A DNA stretch of 64,000 bases, taken from NCBI GenBank assembly GCA_964521885.1, contig CAZFUF010000007.1, positions 542 through 64,541 of the forward strand, given 5' to 3'. Positions within the stretch are counted from its first letter, which is position 1. Every line of letters begins with the position of its first letter. Under the pieces are notes generated by a model. That model did no database searches and was not told the DNA's origin. It saw only the letters and a list, made by a program, of their open reading frames with translations. A program made the translations under genes and the position numbers. This document shows, in pieces, positions 18,398 to 28,876 of this stretch. The DNA is from an uncultured Sangeribacter sp. (GTDB lineage: Bacteria; Bacteroidota; Bacteroidia; Bacteroidales; Muribaculaceae).

Positions 18398-18976
18398 ATG
18401 AGACTTTTGAAACAAATTATAATGGCAATCATAGTTGCCATGTCATTAAGTAGTTGTAATTATAACTCCTTGGTAGAAAAGCAGCAGAAGGTTGACCAAA
18501 GCTGGGCGCAGGTGGAAAATACTTATCAGCGCCGTGCGGATCTAATTCCCAATCTGGTCAATACCGTGAAGGGATATTCCACACATGAGAGTGAAACTCT
18601 TGAAAAAGTAGTGGAAGCAAGGGCAAAGGCTACTTCCATCACGATTGATGCTGATAATCTCAACGAGGAATCGTTAGCTAAATTTCAGGCTGCCCAAGGG
18701 GAGTTAAGTCAAGCCCTCAAGTCTCTTCTTGCCGTCACGGAAGCTTATCCTGATCTTAAGGCAAACGAAAACTTCCTCAATCTGCAGACCCAACTTGAAG
18801 GAACTGAAAATAGGATTGCAACGGAACGCAAGCGTTACACTGAAGCCGTGATGGAATATAACACCGCAATAAAAAAATTCCCCACAGTGATATATGCAGG
18901 ATGGTTTGGATTTGAGGCTAAACCTCAATTCAAGGCGGAAAATGGTGCGGAGAAAGCTCCTGAAGTTAAATTCTGA
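18398..18976 (+). CDS. lemA: LemA family protein (lipoprotein-type N-terminus)
   Basis: YQRRADLIPNLVNTVKGY and EAYPDLKANENFLNLQTQLEGTENRI. Confidence 0.95.
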   Translation: MRLLKQIIMAIIVAMSLSSCNYNSLVEKQQKVDQSWAQVENTYQRRADLIPNLVNTVKGYSTHESETLEKVVEARAKATSITIDADNLNEESLAKFQAAQGELSQALKSLLAVTEAYPDLKANENFLNLQTQLEGTENRIATERKRYTEAVMEYNTAIKKFPTVIYAGWFGFEAKPQFKAENGAEKAPEVKF

Positions 18977-19012
18977 GTTTTGTGTCTAAAATGTTGAGTT
19001 ATTGCTTATGCA

Positions 19013-19639
19013 ATGTTAAATGTAATTGTAATGTCGTTGATTAATAACATAATAAGACGATTTGAGAATGTGTCAGGATTGCGTTCTGTCAGCATGCTTT
19101 CTCTCATATCCATCATATCTATTCTTTCCTTGACAAGTTGTTTTGAAGACAATGTAGAAGATTACTCTGAATGGAAAGCGGAAAATGAGAAGTTCTTGGA
19201 TGAGAAAATTGCATCCACTGTCAACGGAATGTCGGAGTTCACACGCTTTATCCCCTCTTGGGAACCCAATGCTTTTGTATTGATGAAATGGCATAACGAC
19301 AGGCATCTCACAGACTCCAAGCTTATCCCTCTTGACAATTCCACTGTCAATGTTAAATATGAGCTTGAATTATGTAATGGAGAGAAGATTGAAGACTCTT
19401 ATTCTTCCACTCAGTATGGCGATAGTATCTATCAGACGCAGCCATGTGAGAATATTGTAGGTTTCTGGGCAGGTCTTCGTCAGATGCATGAAGGTGATTC
19501 GGTGACCATGATTATCCCTTGGCAGGCAGGCTATGGTACTTCAAGCGTTGGCTCTATAAAGCCGTATTCCAACCTGATCTATCATGTAAAATTGAAATCA
19601 ATTGTAGCTTATGAAATTCCAGTGGAGAATGCGGAGTGA
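19013..19639 (+). CDS. FKBP-type peptidyl-prolyl isomerase, lipoprotein
   Basis: LTSC lipobox; VNVKY...IVGFWAGLRQMHEGDSVTMIIPWQAGYG...IKPYSNLIYHVKL. The true start may be 19031. Confidence 0.85.
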   Translation: MLNVIVMSLINNIIRRFENVSGLRSVSMLSLISIISILSLTSCFEDNVEDYSEWKAENEKFLDEKIASTVNGMSEFTRFIPSWEPNAFVLMKWHNDRHLTDSKLIPLDNSTVNVKYELELCNGEKIEDSYSSTQYGDSIYQTQPCENIVGFWAGLRQMHEGDSVTMIIPWQAGYGTSSVGSIKPYSNLIYHVKLKSIVAYEIPVENAE

Positions 19640-19988
19640 TAAGGTTCTCAGGAAGATACTCCCTTTCGCGTTTGCAGTTTCAGTTCAGCTATTCCCTTTG
19701 GCCAGTTGTGGAGGAAATGCTGAAAGGAATCTGGAAAATGCTGAGGAAACCGCTGCCGATATAGAAGCCGCACAGATGGAAGGAAGAAGAGCCGCGCGCG
19801 AATTCCTTAATAAAGAATGGAAAGACACGATGAGGCTTCAGGAAAAATTGCTTGAAGCAAATGCGAAGAAATGGGAATATGAGCGTGCCGGGAAAAAAAG
19901 ATGTGCGGAAGGATACGATTCCGCATTTGTCAGCACAATCCGTACCGTGCGCCCTGAAATGGCTCGTGAAATCTCTATGAAAGAATAA
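19629..19988 (+). CDS. Hypothetical helical lipoprotein
   Basis: LASC lipobox followed by a charged helical sequence; overlaps the FKBP stop. Start chosen as MRSDK (19629) rather than 19611. Confidence 0.7.
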   Translation: MRSDKVLRKILPFAFAVSVQLFPLASCGGNAERNLENAEETAADIEAAQMEGRRAAREFLNKEWKDTMRLQEKLLEANAKKWEYERAGKKRCAEGYDSAFVSTIRTVRPEMAREISMKE

Positions 19989-20036
19989 AATCTTTTCATG
20001 TAGGCTCTTAAATTTTGCACATCAGTATCCAAGAAT

Positions 20037-20067
20037 AAAGGTTCCGTGTTAATGGCGGAACCTTTTT
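20037..20067. terminator. Terminator between convergent operons
   Basis: AAAGGTTCCG / CGGAACCTTT stem followed by further Ts. Confidence 0.75.
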
Positions 20068-20071
20068 GTAT

Positions 20072-20117
20072 CTTTAGCTAAATATCTTTCAGCTAAATAT
20101 TTCCTTTCGCTAAATAT
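20072..20117. repeat. Three imperfect direct repeats CTTT(C)(A)GCTAAATAT
   Basis: Copies at 20072, 20086 and 20104. Confidence 0.8.
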
Positions 20118-20135
20118 TTTCCTGTACTGATTAGC

Positions 20136-20816
20136 CTAACATATGGTTAAATAGGGTAGTCCGGTAGAACTCATCTGCATTTTTAACTGGGGGGTGGGAT
20201 TGACAAGAATCCGGGTCACATCTGTCTGAGTCAATAGCGGCAGATCATCCTGATGATCGCTGGCAACTACTTTTATCTCAAGCTTATGTTCATTTGCCAG
20301 GCGTCTTAGTTCCGATACTTTATTCGTTCCTCTGGCTTCCGTATAATTCCGTATTGAAGTGCTTAGGCCGGTGGCGATGTATGCATCAAATCCAAGAGAT
20401 TCACATAACTTCTTTACATATAATTCCGGGGCAGCCGTTGCAATGATAATTTTATATCCCTCCTCCTTGTAAAATTTTAGTCGGGCACACAACTTAGGAT
20501 TTAATTGATGTTTCAGAATATCAACGAATTCAGATAATTCATCATCGCTCAGGAATATTTCCGCTGACTTATGAATCGGATATTTCATCACACGATGAGT
20601 AATCAAATGAGTTTTTCGTATCAATAGCAAACTGATGATCTTGGCGACTTCCCGGAAGTTCTTTTCCCTACGGAGTTTCCTCAGCAGATAGCGGATCAAT
20701 AGATGAAATGTATTGACTTCCACCAGTGTCCCGTCCAGATCAACAGCAACAGCGGGAGAGAAGCTCAGATTACTGTTTTTAATAGCGGATATTATTTCTT
20801 GTTGTCGAGAGACCAT
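20136..20816 (-). CDS. HAD-IB (SerB-like) phosphatase
   Basis: DLDGT motif I, ATAA motif II, K in RGTNK, SDHQDD motif IV. Confidence 0.88.
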   Translation of the reverse strand: MVSRQQEIISAIKNSNLSFSPAVAVDLDGTLVEVNTFHLLIRYLLRKLRREKNFREVAKIISLLLIRKTHLITHRVMKYPIHKSAEIFLSDDELSEFVDILKHQLNPKLCARLKFYKEEGYKIIIATAAPELYVKKLCESLGFDAYIATGLSTSIRNYTEARGTNKVSELRRLANEHKLEIKVVASDHQDDLPLLTQTDVTRILVNPTPQLKMQMSSTGLPYLTIC

Positions 20817-21355
20817 GGAAATCTGATTAAGGTTTTATCGTGATATAGAGAATAATCGGGTTCAACAATTGGAGCGTCAGTAGTGACGGTAATCACCGCC
20901 GACCGAATGTCATGTTTATTATTTAACTCTTTTAAGGCGGTGATTATTGATAAAAGTGTCTTTCCACTATCCACTGCGTCATCTACAATCAAGATACGTC
21001 TGGGTAATTGTTCCCGAATATCCTCAGGCAAACTAAAACTTGGTAAATCTTTTTCCGATGGACGTTTTAATGAGAGGAGATACGACTCTATGATACGTAG
21101 TAGATTTAAAAGCGGAGTTGGTAAAGATGTAAGTATATTCTTGACTGAATTCTTATGGGAAGTGGTGGGGCGCTGAAGTTCTACATATTTAAACTCAGCA
21201 TCGGGAATGAGATATTTCATTTCATTCGCCACATATTCTCCGCCGGTTCGGATCCCAATCACCAACTCCGGTGAATATCCTGATGCTAATATCTGACGCC
21301 CGAGCCGTTGGCAATCGTCTTGAAATTCCTTATCATTTAACGTGATTACTCTCAT
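20792..21355 (-). CDS. Type I phosphoribosyltransferase family protein
   Basis: GIRTGG loop, ILIVDDAVDSGKTL PRPP-binding motif and C-terminal RFPW. Confidence 0.9.
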   Translation of the reverse strand: MRVITLNDKEFQDDCQRLGRQILASGYSPELVIGIRTGGEYVANEMKYLIPDAEFKYVELQRPTTSHKNSVKNILTSLPTPLLNLLRIIESYLLSLKRPSEKDLPSFSLPEDIREQLPRRILIVDDAVDSGKTLLSIITALKELNNKHDIRSAVITVTTDAPIVEPDYSLYHDKTLIRFPWSLDNKK

Positions 21356-21530
21356 AATTCTTTCTTCCCTTATAGATGCGAGTGATCAAGTAAAGGGGTA
21401 ATGAAACACAAATATGTGATAATTTATTTTTCAACCTTCAAGGTTGGAGGATAAAGTGATTTACACCGACAAATATAACAAAAAACTTATAAAAAATTCA
21501 CGTATACGATTATCTTTTATGATTTATTCT

Positions 21531-21561
21531 TTTGAAGATTGCCCAATAATTATTAACTTTG
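21531..21561 (+). promoter_or_regulatory. Promoter for pepT-miaA
   Basis: TTTG (21531-21534), 19-nt spacer, TAACTTTG (21554-21561). Confidence 0.7.
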
Positions 21562-21602
21562 GGATATAATTGACAGCGAATAAATAATTATCTAAATATA
21601 CC

Positions 21603-22820
21603 ATGACAGTTACAGATAGATTTCTTGAGTACGTCAAATTTGACACTCAAAGTGATGAGTTGACCAATATGACTCCTTCCACTCCGGGTCAGATGGTTTT
21701 TGCACAATATCTCAGAGATCAGCTTCAGTCGATGGGGCTTGAAGATATCTCCCTTGATGATAACGGATATCTAATGGCCACCCTTCCGGCTAATATCGAT
21801 AAGGATTGTCCGACAGTAGGATTTATCTCACATCTTGATACCGCTCCCGACATGTCGGGTAAGCATGTTAAGCCCCGTATCGTTAAGAATTATGACGGTA
21901 AGGATATAGTTCTGAATTCTGAGAAAAATATTGTCCTGAGTCCGGATGAATTTCCTGAATTACTGAATTATATTGGTCAGGATCTGATTGTGACAGATGG
22001 AACAACTCTTCTTGGCGCTGATGATAAAGCCGGAATTGCCGAGATTGTGACTGCCGTGCAATATCTCCAAGAGCATCCTGAAATCAAACACGGTAAGATT
22101 CGTATTGCCTTTAATCCCGATGAAGAAATAGGTCTTGGTGCCCATAAGTTTGATGTGGAACGGTTTGGTTGTGACTTTGCTTATACTATGGACGGAGGAG
22201 CAGTGGGAGAACTTGAATTTGAAAACTTTAATGCCGCTTCCGCCAAAGTGGTAATTAAAGGTCGCAATGTGCATCCCGGCACTGCCAAACACAAGATGGT
22301 CAACTCAATGCGTGTGGCTACTCAGTTTATAGTCATGCTCCCGCGTTGGGAAACTCCGGAACATACCGAAGGTTACGAAGGATTTTATCATCTCATCGGA
22401 ATGGAAGGAACAGTGGAGCAGACCACTTTGACTTATATAATTCGCGATCATGACAGAGCAAGGTTTGAGAGCCGCAAACGCGAAATCGAGCATCTTGTGC
22501 GCAAAACCAATATGGAATATCCGGGATCTACGACAGTCGAGATCAAGGATCAATATTACAACATGCGTGAGAAGATTGAGCCGGTGATGCACATCATTGA
22601 GGTAGCCGAGAAAGCAATGCGCGAGGCTGGCGTTGAACCTAAAGTGCAACCTATCCGTGGGGGAACTGACGGTGCGCAATTATCTTTCAAGGGGCTTCCA
22701 TGTCCCAATATCTTCGCCGGGGGAGAAAATTTCCATGGACGCTATGAATTTGTAGCCATTCAGTCAATGGAGAAAGCCACGGATGTCATTGTTAATATAG
22801 CTCGTTTAGTGGCTGAATAA
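21603..22820 (+). CDS. pepT: Tripeptide aminopeptidase PepT (M20B)
   Basis: [40 protein letters not shown] and GGENFHG. Confidence 0.97.
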   Translation: MTVTDRFLEYVKFDTQSDELTNMTPSTPGQMVFAQYLRDQLQSMGLEDISLDDNGYLMATLPANIDKDCPTVGFISHLDTAPDMSGKHVKPRIVKNYDGKDIVLNSEKNIVLSPDEFPELLNYIGQDLIVTDGTTLLGADDKAGIAEIVTAVQYLQEHPEIKHGKIRIAFNPDEEIGLGAHKFDVERFGCDFAYTMDGGAVGELEFENFNAASAKVVIKGRNVHPGTAKHKMVNSMRVATQFIVMLPRWETPEHTEGYEGFYHLIGMEGTVEQTTLTYIIRDHDRARFESRKREIEHLVRKTNMEYPGSTTVEIKDQYYNMREKIEPVMHIIEVAEKAMREAGVEPKVQPIRGGTDGAQLSFKGLPCPNIFAGGENFHGRYEFVAIQSMEKATDVIVNIARLVAE

Positions 22821-22840
22821 TAAATTCCTTCTTAGGATTA

Positions 22841-23737
22841 ATGAATACTCTTATAGCTATTACAGGGCCGACTGCTTCTGGCAAGTCGGCTCTTGCCGTT
22901 GAGATAGCCCACACCTTAAATACGGATGTCATCTCCGCTGATAGTCGTCAGATTTATAAAGATATCCCCATAGTCACGGCAGCTCCAACCCCGGAAGAAA
23001 TGCAGGGAGTCCGGCATCACCTGATCGGGATTCTCCCACTGGATGCATATTTTTCCGCTTCAATGTTTGAGCAAAAGGCTCTGGAACTATGTAGCGCGAT
23101 ATGGAAGAGAAATGATGTCGCTGTCGTGTGCGGTGGGTCAATGATGTATGTTGACGCCCTCTGCAATGGTATCGATCCCATCCCTACGGTTGATGAGGAG
23201 ATTCGGCGTCAGCTTACTGAAAAGTGGGTAGAAAAAGGAGATCTCTGGTTGCTTGACGAGTTGAAAAGACTTGATCCTGCTCATTATGAAAAAGTTGACA
23301 GACAGAATATGAAACGTGTTTTTCATGCCGTCGAGGTATCGAGGACAGCCGGGAAACCATATTCGCAATTTCTTACTGCCACTAAAGTGAAACGGCCATT
23401 TAAAATTATAAAGGTAGTTCTTGAGTGTGATCGTCAATGGTTGTTTGATAGAATCAACTCCAGAGTTATGTCGATGATGGATATGGGTCTTCTTGAAGAA
23501 GCAAAACGTGTCTTCCCCTTAAGACATCTCAACTCCCTTAATACTGTCGGATTAAAAGAATTATTTTCGTATTTCACCGGGATATGGGATCTGGATACAG
23601 CCGTAGCACGTATTCAGAAAAACACGAGAGTCTATGCAAAGAAGCAGGAGACTTGGTATAGAAAAGATCCTGAAGCAATTTTTTTCGATGCTCAGGATCC
23701 AAATCTTGCAGAGAAAATTATCGGGTTGCTTAATTGA
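22841..23737 (+). CDS. miaA: tRNA dimethylallyltransferase
   Basis: GPTASGKS, ISADSRQIY, VCGGS and TRVYAKKQETW. Confidence 0.95.
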   Translation: MNTLIAITGPTASGKSALAVEIAHTLNTDVISADSRQIYKDIPIVTAAPTPEEMQGVRHHLIGILPLDAYFSASMFEQKALELCSAIWKRNDVAVVCGGSMMYVDALCNGIDPIPTVDEEIRRQLTEKWVEKGDLWLLDELKRLDPAHYEKVDRQNMKRVFHAVEVSRTAGKPYSQFLTATKVKRPFKIIKVVLECDRQWLFDRINSRVMSMMDMGLLEEAKRVFPLRHLNSLNTVGLKELFSYFTGIWDLDTAVARIQKNTRVYAKKQETWYRKDPEAIFFDAQDPNLAEKIIGLLN

Positions 23738-23853
23738 TAATATCATAATAAGCTGTAGTCAGAATATTCTTGTTGGAGATCAGTTTGTCTATAGGTGCTT
23801 TACCATAAATTTCAGGAGAAACGGATAAAGACCCCGACTACCATTTATATGAT

Positions 23854-24531
23854 CTAAATGTCAAATCCAATCATAAAATCCCAACCTCGATTGTGACCTC
23901 CTAAATATGAATCTTTCCAGGAACGAGTGGCGGCAGCGTTATAGTGAATTCCGAAATAATAATGCTTATATATCTTAATTCCGGTTCCCATTCTGAATCC
24001 AAAATCCACATTCGATAGTTTGCCGACTTTTGCACTTTCACTTCCATCCGGATCAAAAGTGGTGTAGCTGACCTTTGGTTTCATATCAGTGTTGAGACGG
24101 AAAGAGAGATAAGGTCCGAAATTCACGATCCAGCGGATATTGTCAGCGATATTGAAACGGAGTGACCCAAGAATTGGCACTGTGAAATAGTATGACCTGA
24201 GGTGACCGAGTTGATAATCGGTTGTTCCGGAAGTTCCCAATTGTTGATAGGCATAGTTTCCGCTGCGTGTCTCATAATAGAAACCGGGTTGGATGGCTAT
24301 ATAATCTCGAATATTAATATCCGCTACGATCCCTGCATTAAATCCTATACCCCATGAATTATGATTATAGCCGTTAAATGCTTTTTTACTGGCAGTAACA
24401 TTTGATGTGTTTAATCCTACACGTACCCCGAAATTCATAAATTGTGATGGAGTTTCAGTGGAGAAAAAATCAGCTGCTCCACAACTGAAAATACACGCGA
24501 TGCAAAGGATTAACGAAAAAATTGATTTCAT
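23854..24531 (-). CDS. Small outer membrane beta-barrel (porin / PorT-like family)
   Basis: Signal peptide, FGVRVGLN, IQPGFYY, amphipathic strands and terminal MIGFDI. Confidence 0.75.
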   Translation of the reverse strand: MKSIFSLILCIACIFSCGAADFFSTETPSQFMNFGVRVGLNTSNVTASKKAFNGYNHNSWGIGFNAGIVADINIRDYIAIQPGFYYETRSGNYAYQQLGTSGTTDYQLGHLRSYYFTVPILGSLRFNIADNIRWIVNFGPYLSFRLNTDMKPKVSYTTFDPDGSESAKVGKLSNVDFGFRMGTGIKIYKHYYFGIHYNAAATRSWKDSYLGGHNRGWDFMIGFDI

Positions 24532-24830
24532 TAGATATGCAGTTTATTAATATGATTACAATATGAAATTTGATTCGGGGAAAATTATTAAGTTTTTAGC
24601 CGAATGCTTCCTGAATGGGACATTGCAAAAATAGGAAAAAATTTTGAAATAAAAAGATTATAATTAATTTTGTAGTGTGAATCAGCTGTCTTGCGCTGAC
24701 GTAAAACTCAGATTGCAATGATTTAGCAAAAATCGTCATTAAGACTACTTCAAAATTATAATTACCCTTAAATCAATATCGCGAACTCTTACCGTTCCGG
24801 CAGATTCGGATAACAATTTTAACCAACAAC

Positions 24831-25874
24831 ATGACACTTTCACCAAAGACTAATCGTTGGCGGGACATTTCCGACTTTATTATGATTCTCGTTGGACTCG
24901 CCATTTATGCTGTAGGTTTCTGTGCGTTTATATTGCCCCATCAGATTGTGATCGGGGGAATGGCCGGTCTCGGTACTCTCGTTTTCTTTGCTTCCCACAA
25001 ATTGATTCCGGTTGCGGTGACGATGTATGGAGTCAACCTTATTCTTGTGGCTTGCGGGTATAAAGTATTAGGAAAATCGTTCACTATCCGGACTGTTTTT
25101 GGTGCCACTTTCATATCTGTCTTTATCGGGCTTCTGGAAGGGTATTTCTTAGCGCATCCTCCGTTGATTACGGAAACGGCAATGAGTATTGTGCTTGGTG
25201 GAATTCTTTGCGGTCTCGGAATCGGAACCATATATATTCACAATGGAACGTCAGGAGGAACTGACATTGTGGCGGCTATGGTCACGAAGGTATCTAATGT
25301 CAGCGTCGGCAGAACGATGATGATCGTCGATATGTCTATTGTCGGACTTACCTTCTTTCTTCCTTTCGATGGAGATATGGACGCAAGAATCCAGGCTTCA
25401 GTCCCCAGAATCATTTATGGGTGGGTTGTCATCTTTATTTATTCATATATAACCGATATGTTGATTAATACCAACCGTCAGGCCACTCAATTCATTATTT
25501 TTTCAACTAAATGGAAAGAAATTGCCGACTCCATCAATGTGGATGCACATCGTGGAGTGACGGTAGTTAATGGTCAGGGATGGTATACCAAGCATGATGT
25601 CAAGATTCTTCTTGTCTGGTGTCGAAAGATTGAATCGGTTACAATTTTCAGAATTATAAAGGGGATCGACGAAAATGCCTTCATCTCGCAAGGAAATGTA
25701 AATGGTGTGTATGGGAAAGGATTTGACAAAATGAAAGTCAAGACTAAGAATATTCACCATCATTCGCAGAACGCATCAAATAATTCGGCTCCCCGCCGGG
25801 TTGCTTCTCACGATACTGGTGATGAATCTAAAGAGAAGTCCTCGTCTCATAAATTTGATGATACGGAGGCTTAA
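24831..25874 (+). CDS. YitT family membrane protein
   Basis: IVIGGMAGL, GTSGGTDIVA and the DUF2179-like C-domain (HRGVT...IDENAF). Confidence 0.9.
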   Translation: MTLSPKTNRWRDISDFIMILVGLAIYAVGFCAFILPHQIVIGGMAGLGTLVFFASHKLIPVAVTMYGVNLILVACGYKVLGKSFTIRTVFGATFISVFIGLLEGYFLAHPPLITETAMSIVLGGILCGLGIGTIYIHNGTSGGTDIVAAMVTKVSNVSVGRTMMIVDMSIVGLTFFLPFDGDMDARIQASVPRIIYGWVVIFIYSYITDMLINTNRQATQFIIFSTKWKEIADSINVDAHRGVTVVNGQGWYTKHDVKILLVWCRKIESVTIFRIIKGIDENAFISQGNVNGVYGKGFDKMKVKTKNIHHHSQNASNNSAPRRVASHDTGDESKEKSSSHKFDDTEA

Positions 25875-25962
25875 GACCCCGGAATGGATATTATCTATAA
25901 AGTGCTCTTAATTTTAACTGATATCTCCAAGTGTCAGGAGATATGAAACTCAAACATATCAA

Positions 25963-27939
25963 ATGAAAGAAACCGAAGAAAACATTACCACAGGCACAGG
26001 TTTGCCCGAAAATGCTTTCCGTGAGTTGGCTGCAGACGAACAATATGTTCCCGTCATGCATCCCGCGCATGAGCAGAAAGAGGTGACTCCTTATTCTGTG
26101 ATTACCGGTCTGATAATGGCCGTTGTGTTCAGTGCCGCCGCTGCATATCTGGGTCTTAAAGTAGGACAGGTATTTGAGGCAGCTATCCCAATCGCAATTA
26201 TAGCTGTTGGACTTTCAAATGCCTTGGGTAAGAAAAACGCCTTAGGTCAGAATGTAATAATTCAATCTATCGGTGCTTGTTCAGGAGTGATAGTTGCAGG
26301 TGCTATTTTCACTCTTCCCGCTCTTTTTATCCTGCAGGCGAAATATCCTGAGATAATGGTGAACTTCTATCAGATATTCCTCAGTTCACTATTGGGAGGT
26401 ATATTGGGTATTCTTTTCTTTATTCCGTTCCGCAAATATTTCGTTAAGGATATGCACGGGAAATATCCTTTCCCTGAAGCTACGGCGACAACTCAGGTTC
26501 TCATTAGCGGTGAAAGTGCTTCAGCCAAAGACGGGAGTCAGGCAAAAACTCTTGTTCTTGCCTCTCTTATAGGCGGTATCTACGATTATCTTGGCTCAAC
26601 GTTCGGATGGTGGGCTGAAACGGTCACTTCAACAGCAAGTTCCTGGGGACAGACAATTGTCGAAAAAACAAAGGTAGTGCTCAGCTGTAATACATCTGCC
26701 GCATTGCTCGGACTCGGTTATATCGTGGGCCTTAAATATGCATTCGTAATTTTTGCCGGTTCTATTTTTGTCTGGTGGATTATTATCCCGGTGATGGGGA
26801 CTTATGGTAATGCAGATTTTATGGCAATGTCTCCCGATGCATTGTTTAAAGACTATGCACGCCTGATCGGTATAGGCGGTATTGCTATGGCGGGCGTAAT
26901 CGGTATTGTCAAATCCTGGCCGATCATTCGTCAGGCAGTAGGGCTTGCAGGTCGCGAATTGAAAGGAAACGTCGGTAATGTCAAGACTCTCAGATGGCAA
27001 CAAGATATCTCAATGAAGCATATCGTATTCTTCATCTGCATTGCCTTGATAGCGGTCTTGCTCTTCTTCTGGTTTGGTGTTATTCATACTTTCTGGCAGG
27101 CGCTCATCGCATGGTTGGTTGTTACCGTAATTGCGTTCCTGTTTACTACGGTGGCTGCTAATGCCATAGCAATTGTGGGTAGTAACCCTGTCTCTGGCAT
27201 GACCCTTATGACCTTGATTATAGCTTCTGCAATTTTTGTCGGTATCGGACTGAGTGGCACAAGTGGTATCGTTGCTTCCATGGTGATTGGTGGTGTTGTA
27301 TGTACAGCATTATCAATGGCCGGTGGTTTTGTGACAGACCTTAAGATCGGTTACTGGCTCGGTTCTACTCCTAAAAAGCAAGAAAGTTGGAAGTTCCTTG
27401 GAGCCCTGGTTTCCGCAGCGACAGTCGGGGGAGTAATCATGGTGCTCAATAAAGTATATGGTTTCGCTGGAGATGACGCTCTCGTCGCTCCCCAGGCAAA
27501 CGCAATGGCAAAGGTGATCGAACCGCTCATGATGGGTGGTGAAACTCCCTGGATCCTTTATATGGTAGGTGCCGTTCTTGCATTGATTCTTAATTGGCTC
27601 GGTGTTCCCGCATTGGCTTTCTGTCTGGGAATGTTCATTCCTTTATCTTTGAATACTCCTATGTTGGTCGGAGGTGCCATTGCATATTTCGTTGGTAACT
27701 CTTCTAAAGATAAGAATTTAAATACAGCGAGAGCTGACAGAGGTACACTTATTGCTTCCGGTCTTATTGCGGGTGGGGCTTTGTTCGGTGTCTTCTCTGC
27801 CATCACCCGTTTCTGCGGCTTTGAGTACACGACTCCCGGCTCATTTGAATTGACTCAGATTCTCGGTTGTGTGGCATACTTGCTTTTGATTGCCTACTTT
27901 ATCTGGGATTCAAAACGCGCAAAAATCAGCAAGCTTTAA
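25963..27939 (+). CDS. OPT family oligopeptide transporter
   Basis: AYLGLKVGQVFEAAIP, YPFPEATA, SNPVSGMTL, TDLKIGYWLG and APQANAM. Confidence 0.93.
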   Translation: MKETEENITTGTGLPENAFRELAADEQYVPVMHPAHEQKEVTPYSVITGLIMAVVFSAAAAYLGLKVGQVFEAAIPIAIIAVGLSNALGKKNALGQNVIIQSIGACSGVIVAGAIFTLPALFILQAKYPEIMVNFYQIFLSSLLGGILGILFFIPFRKYFVKDMHGKYPFPEATATTQVLISGESASAKDGSQAKTLVLASLIGGIYDYLGSTFGWWAETVTSTASSWGQTIVEKTKVVLSCNTSAALLGLGYIVGLKYAFVIFAGSIFVWWIIIPVMGTYGNADFMAMSPDALFKDYARLIGIGGIAMAGVIGIVKSWPIIRQAVGLAGRELKGNVGNVKTLRWQQDISMKHIVFFICIALIAVLLFFWFGVIHTFWQALIAWLVVTVIAFLFTTVAANAIAIVGSNPVSGMTLMTLIIASAIFVGIGLSGTSGIVASMVIGGVVCTALSMAGGFVTDLKIGYWLGSTPKKQESWKFLGALVSAATVGGVIMVLNKVYGFAGDDALVAPQANAMAKVIEPLMMGGETPWILYMVGAVLALILNWLGVPALAFCLGMFIPLSLNTPMLVGGAIAYFVGNSSKDKNLNTARADRGTLIASGLIAGGALFGVFSAITRFCGFEYTTPGSFELTQILGCVAYLLLIAYFIWDSKRAKISKL

Positions 27940-28050
27940 GATTAACTGTCTCGAATAAATTTATTTAATTCCGATAATAATGATTACTCATTAGAAAGCA
28001 TCCTGTCTCGGTAATAATCAGATTTTATCTCGGAAAATAATAATAATCAA

Positions 28051-28087
28051 AAGGGAGCAATCAAAGTCAATTCATGATTGCTCCCTT
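28051..28087. terminator. Bidirectional terminator between OPT and the btu operon
   Basis: AAGGGAGCAATCA / TGATTGCTCCCTT, a perfect 13-bp stem. Confidence 0.8.
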
Positions 28088-28149
28088 ATTATATTTACCG
28101 GATTTAAGTATAGTTTCTTGTATTTGACCTGTGTCTGATACTTCGACCT

Positions 28150-28731
28150 TTATTTATGAATTGCCGTATTAAATTCATTTCCGGACAGACACCAGTGTTC
28201 TTCCACAAGTTCATTCTTCAGTAATTCGTTTCGTGAAAGTATGAAGAATAAATCAGCGAGTCGGTTGATATATTTCAGCAATTCTTCAGGCAACGGGTCT
28301 TGCTCGTTGAGACGCCAGAGATTCCGTTCAGCCCTGCGCGTGTCGACACGTGCTTTGTGTAAGAAAGCCGAAAGAGGAGTGCCTCCGGGGAGAATATAAC
28401 ATTTAGGTTGCGAGGAATGAGTGGTGATATAGTCAATCTTATTTTCGATTTCCGAAACCATCTCTTGAGTAATATCCGGAGCACGTTCAATTCTAATTTC
28501 TGAAGGGAGTGCGACATTGCTCATTACTTTCATCAGCGAGTGTTGAATCCCCTTGAGAAAACTCATCAATTCATCATCTTCCTTGATAAGTGACCTGCAA
28601 ATCCCGATAGAAACATTCAATTCATCAAGCGATCCCAGAGTTTCGATATGATGATCAGTCTTTGAAACCCTTACATCTCCCCCTATTGAGGTCGTTCCTG
28701 TATCACCGGATCGAGTATATACCTTTTTCAT
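28150..28731 (-). CDS. PduO-type ATP:cob(I)alamin adenosyltransferase
   Basis: VYTRSGDTGTT, GSLDELN, YILPGG, ARVDTRRAER and YINRLADLFF. Confidence 0.93.
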   Translation of the reverse strand: MKKVYTRSGDTGTTSIGGDVRVSKTDHHIETLGSLDELNVSIGICRSLIKEDDELMSFLKGIQHSLMKVMSNVALPSEIRIERAPDITQEMVSEIENKIDYITTHSSQPKCYILPGGTPLSAFLHKARVDTRRAERNLWRLNEQDPLPEELLKYINRLADLFFILSRNELLKNELVEEHWCLSGNEFNTAIHK

Positions 28732-28876
28732 AGCTTTGGTCTTATCTTATTACGGAGTTTATCCTCTTATCGTGATTATCCCAATAAATAGACGAAACAA
28801 AAGAGGAAATATTATTCCTTCTATAACATTTTTTAGAAATTAAACCTAACACCTCCCGTTTCAGGGTTTAAAAAAG

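Noticed and set aside
21432-21446. Dyad CAACCTT-C-AAGGTTG in the PRTase leader, and similarly GAGATTA-CT-TAATCTC at 56703
   Set aside because: 7-bp arms arise readily by chance; there is no second copy or adjacent regulator gene.
24673-24830. Possible riboswitch in the 158-nt YitT leader
   Set aside because: Only short stems are present, and I recognised no preQ1, purine, c-di-GMP, ZTP or other aptamer consensus. An Rfam scan would settle it.
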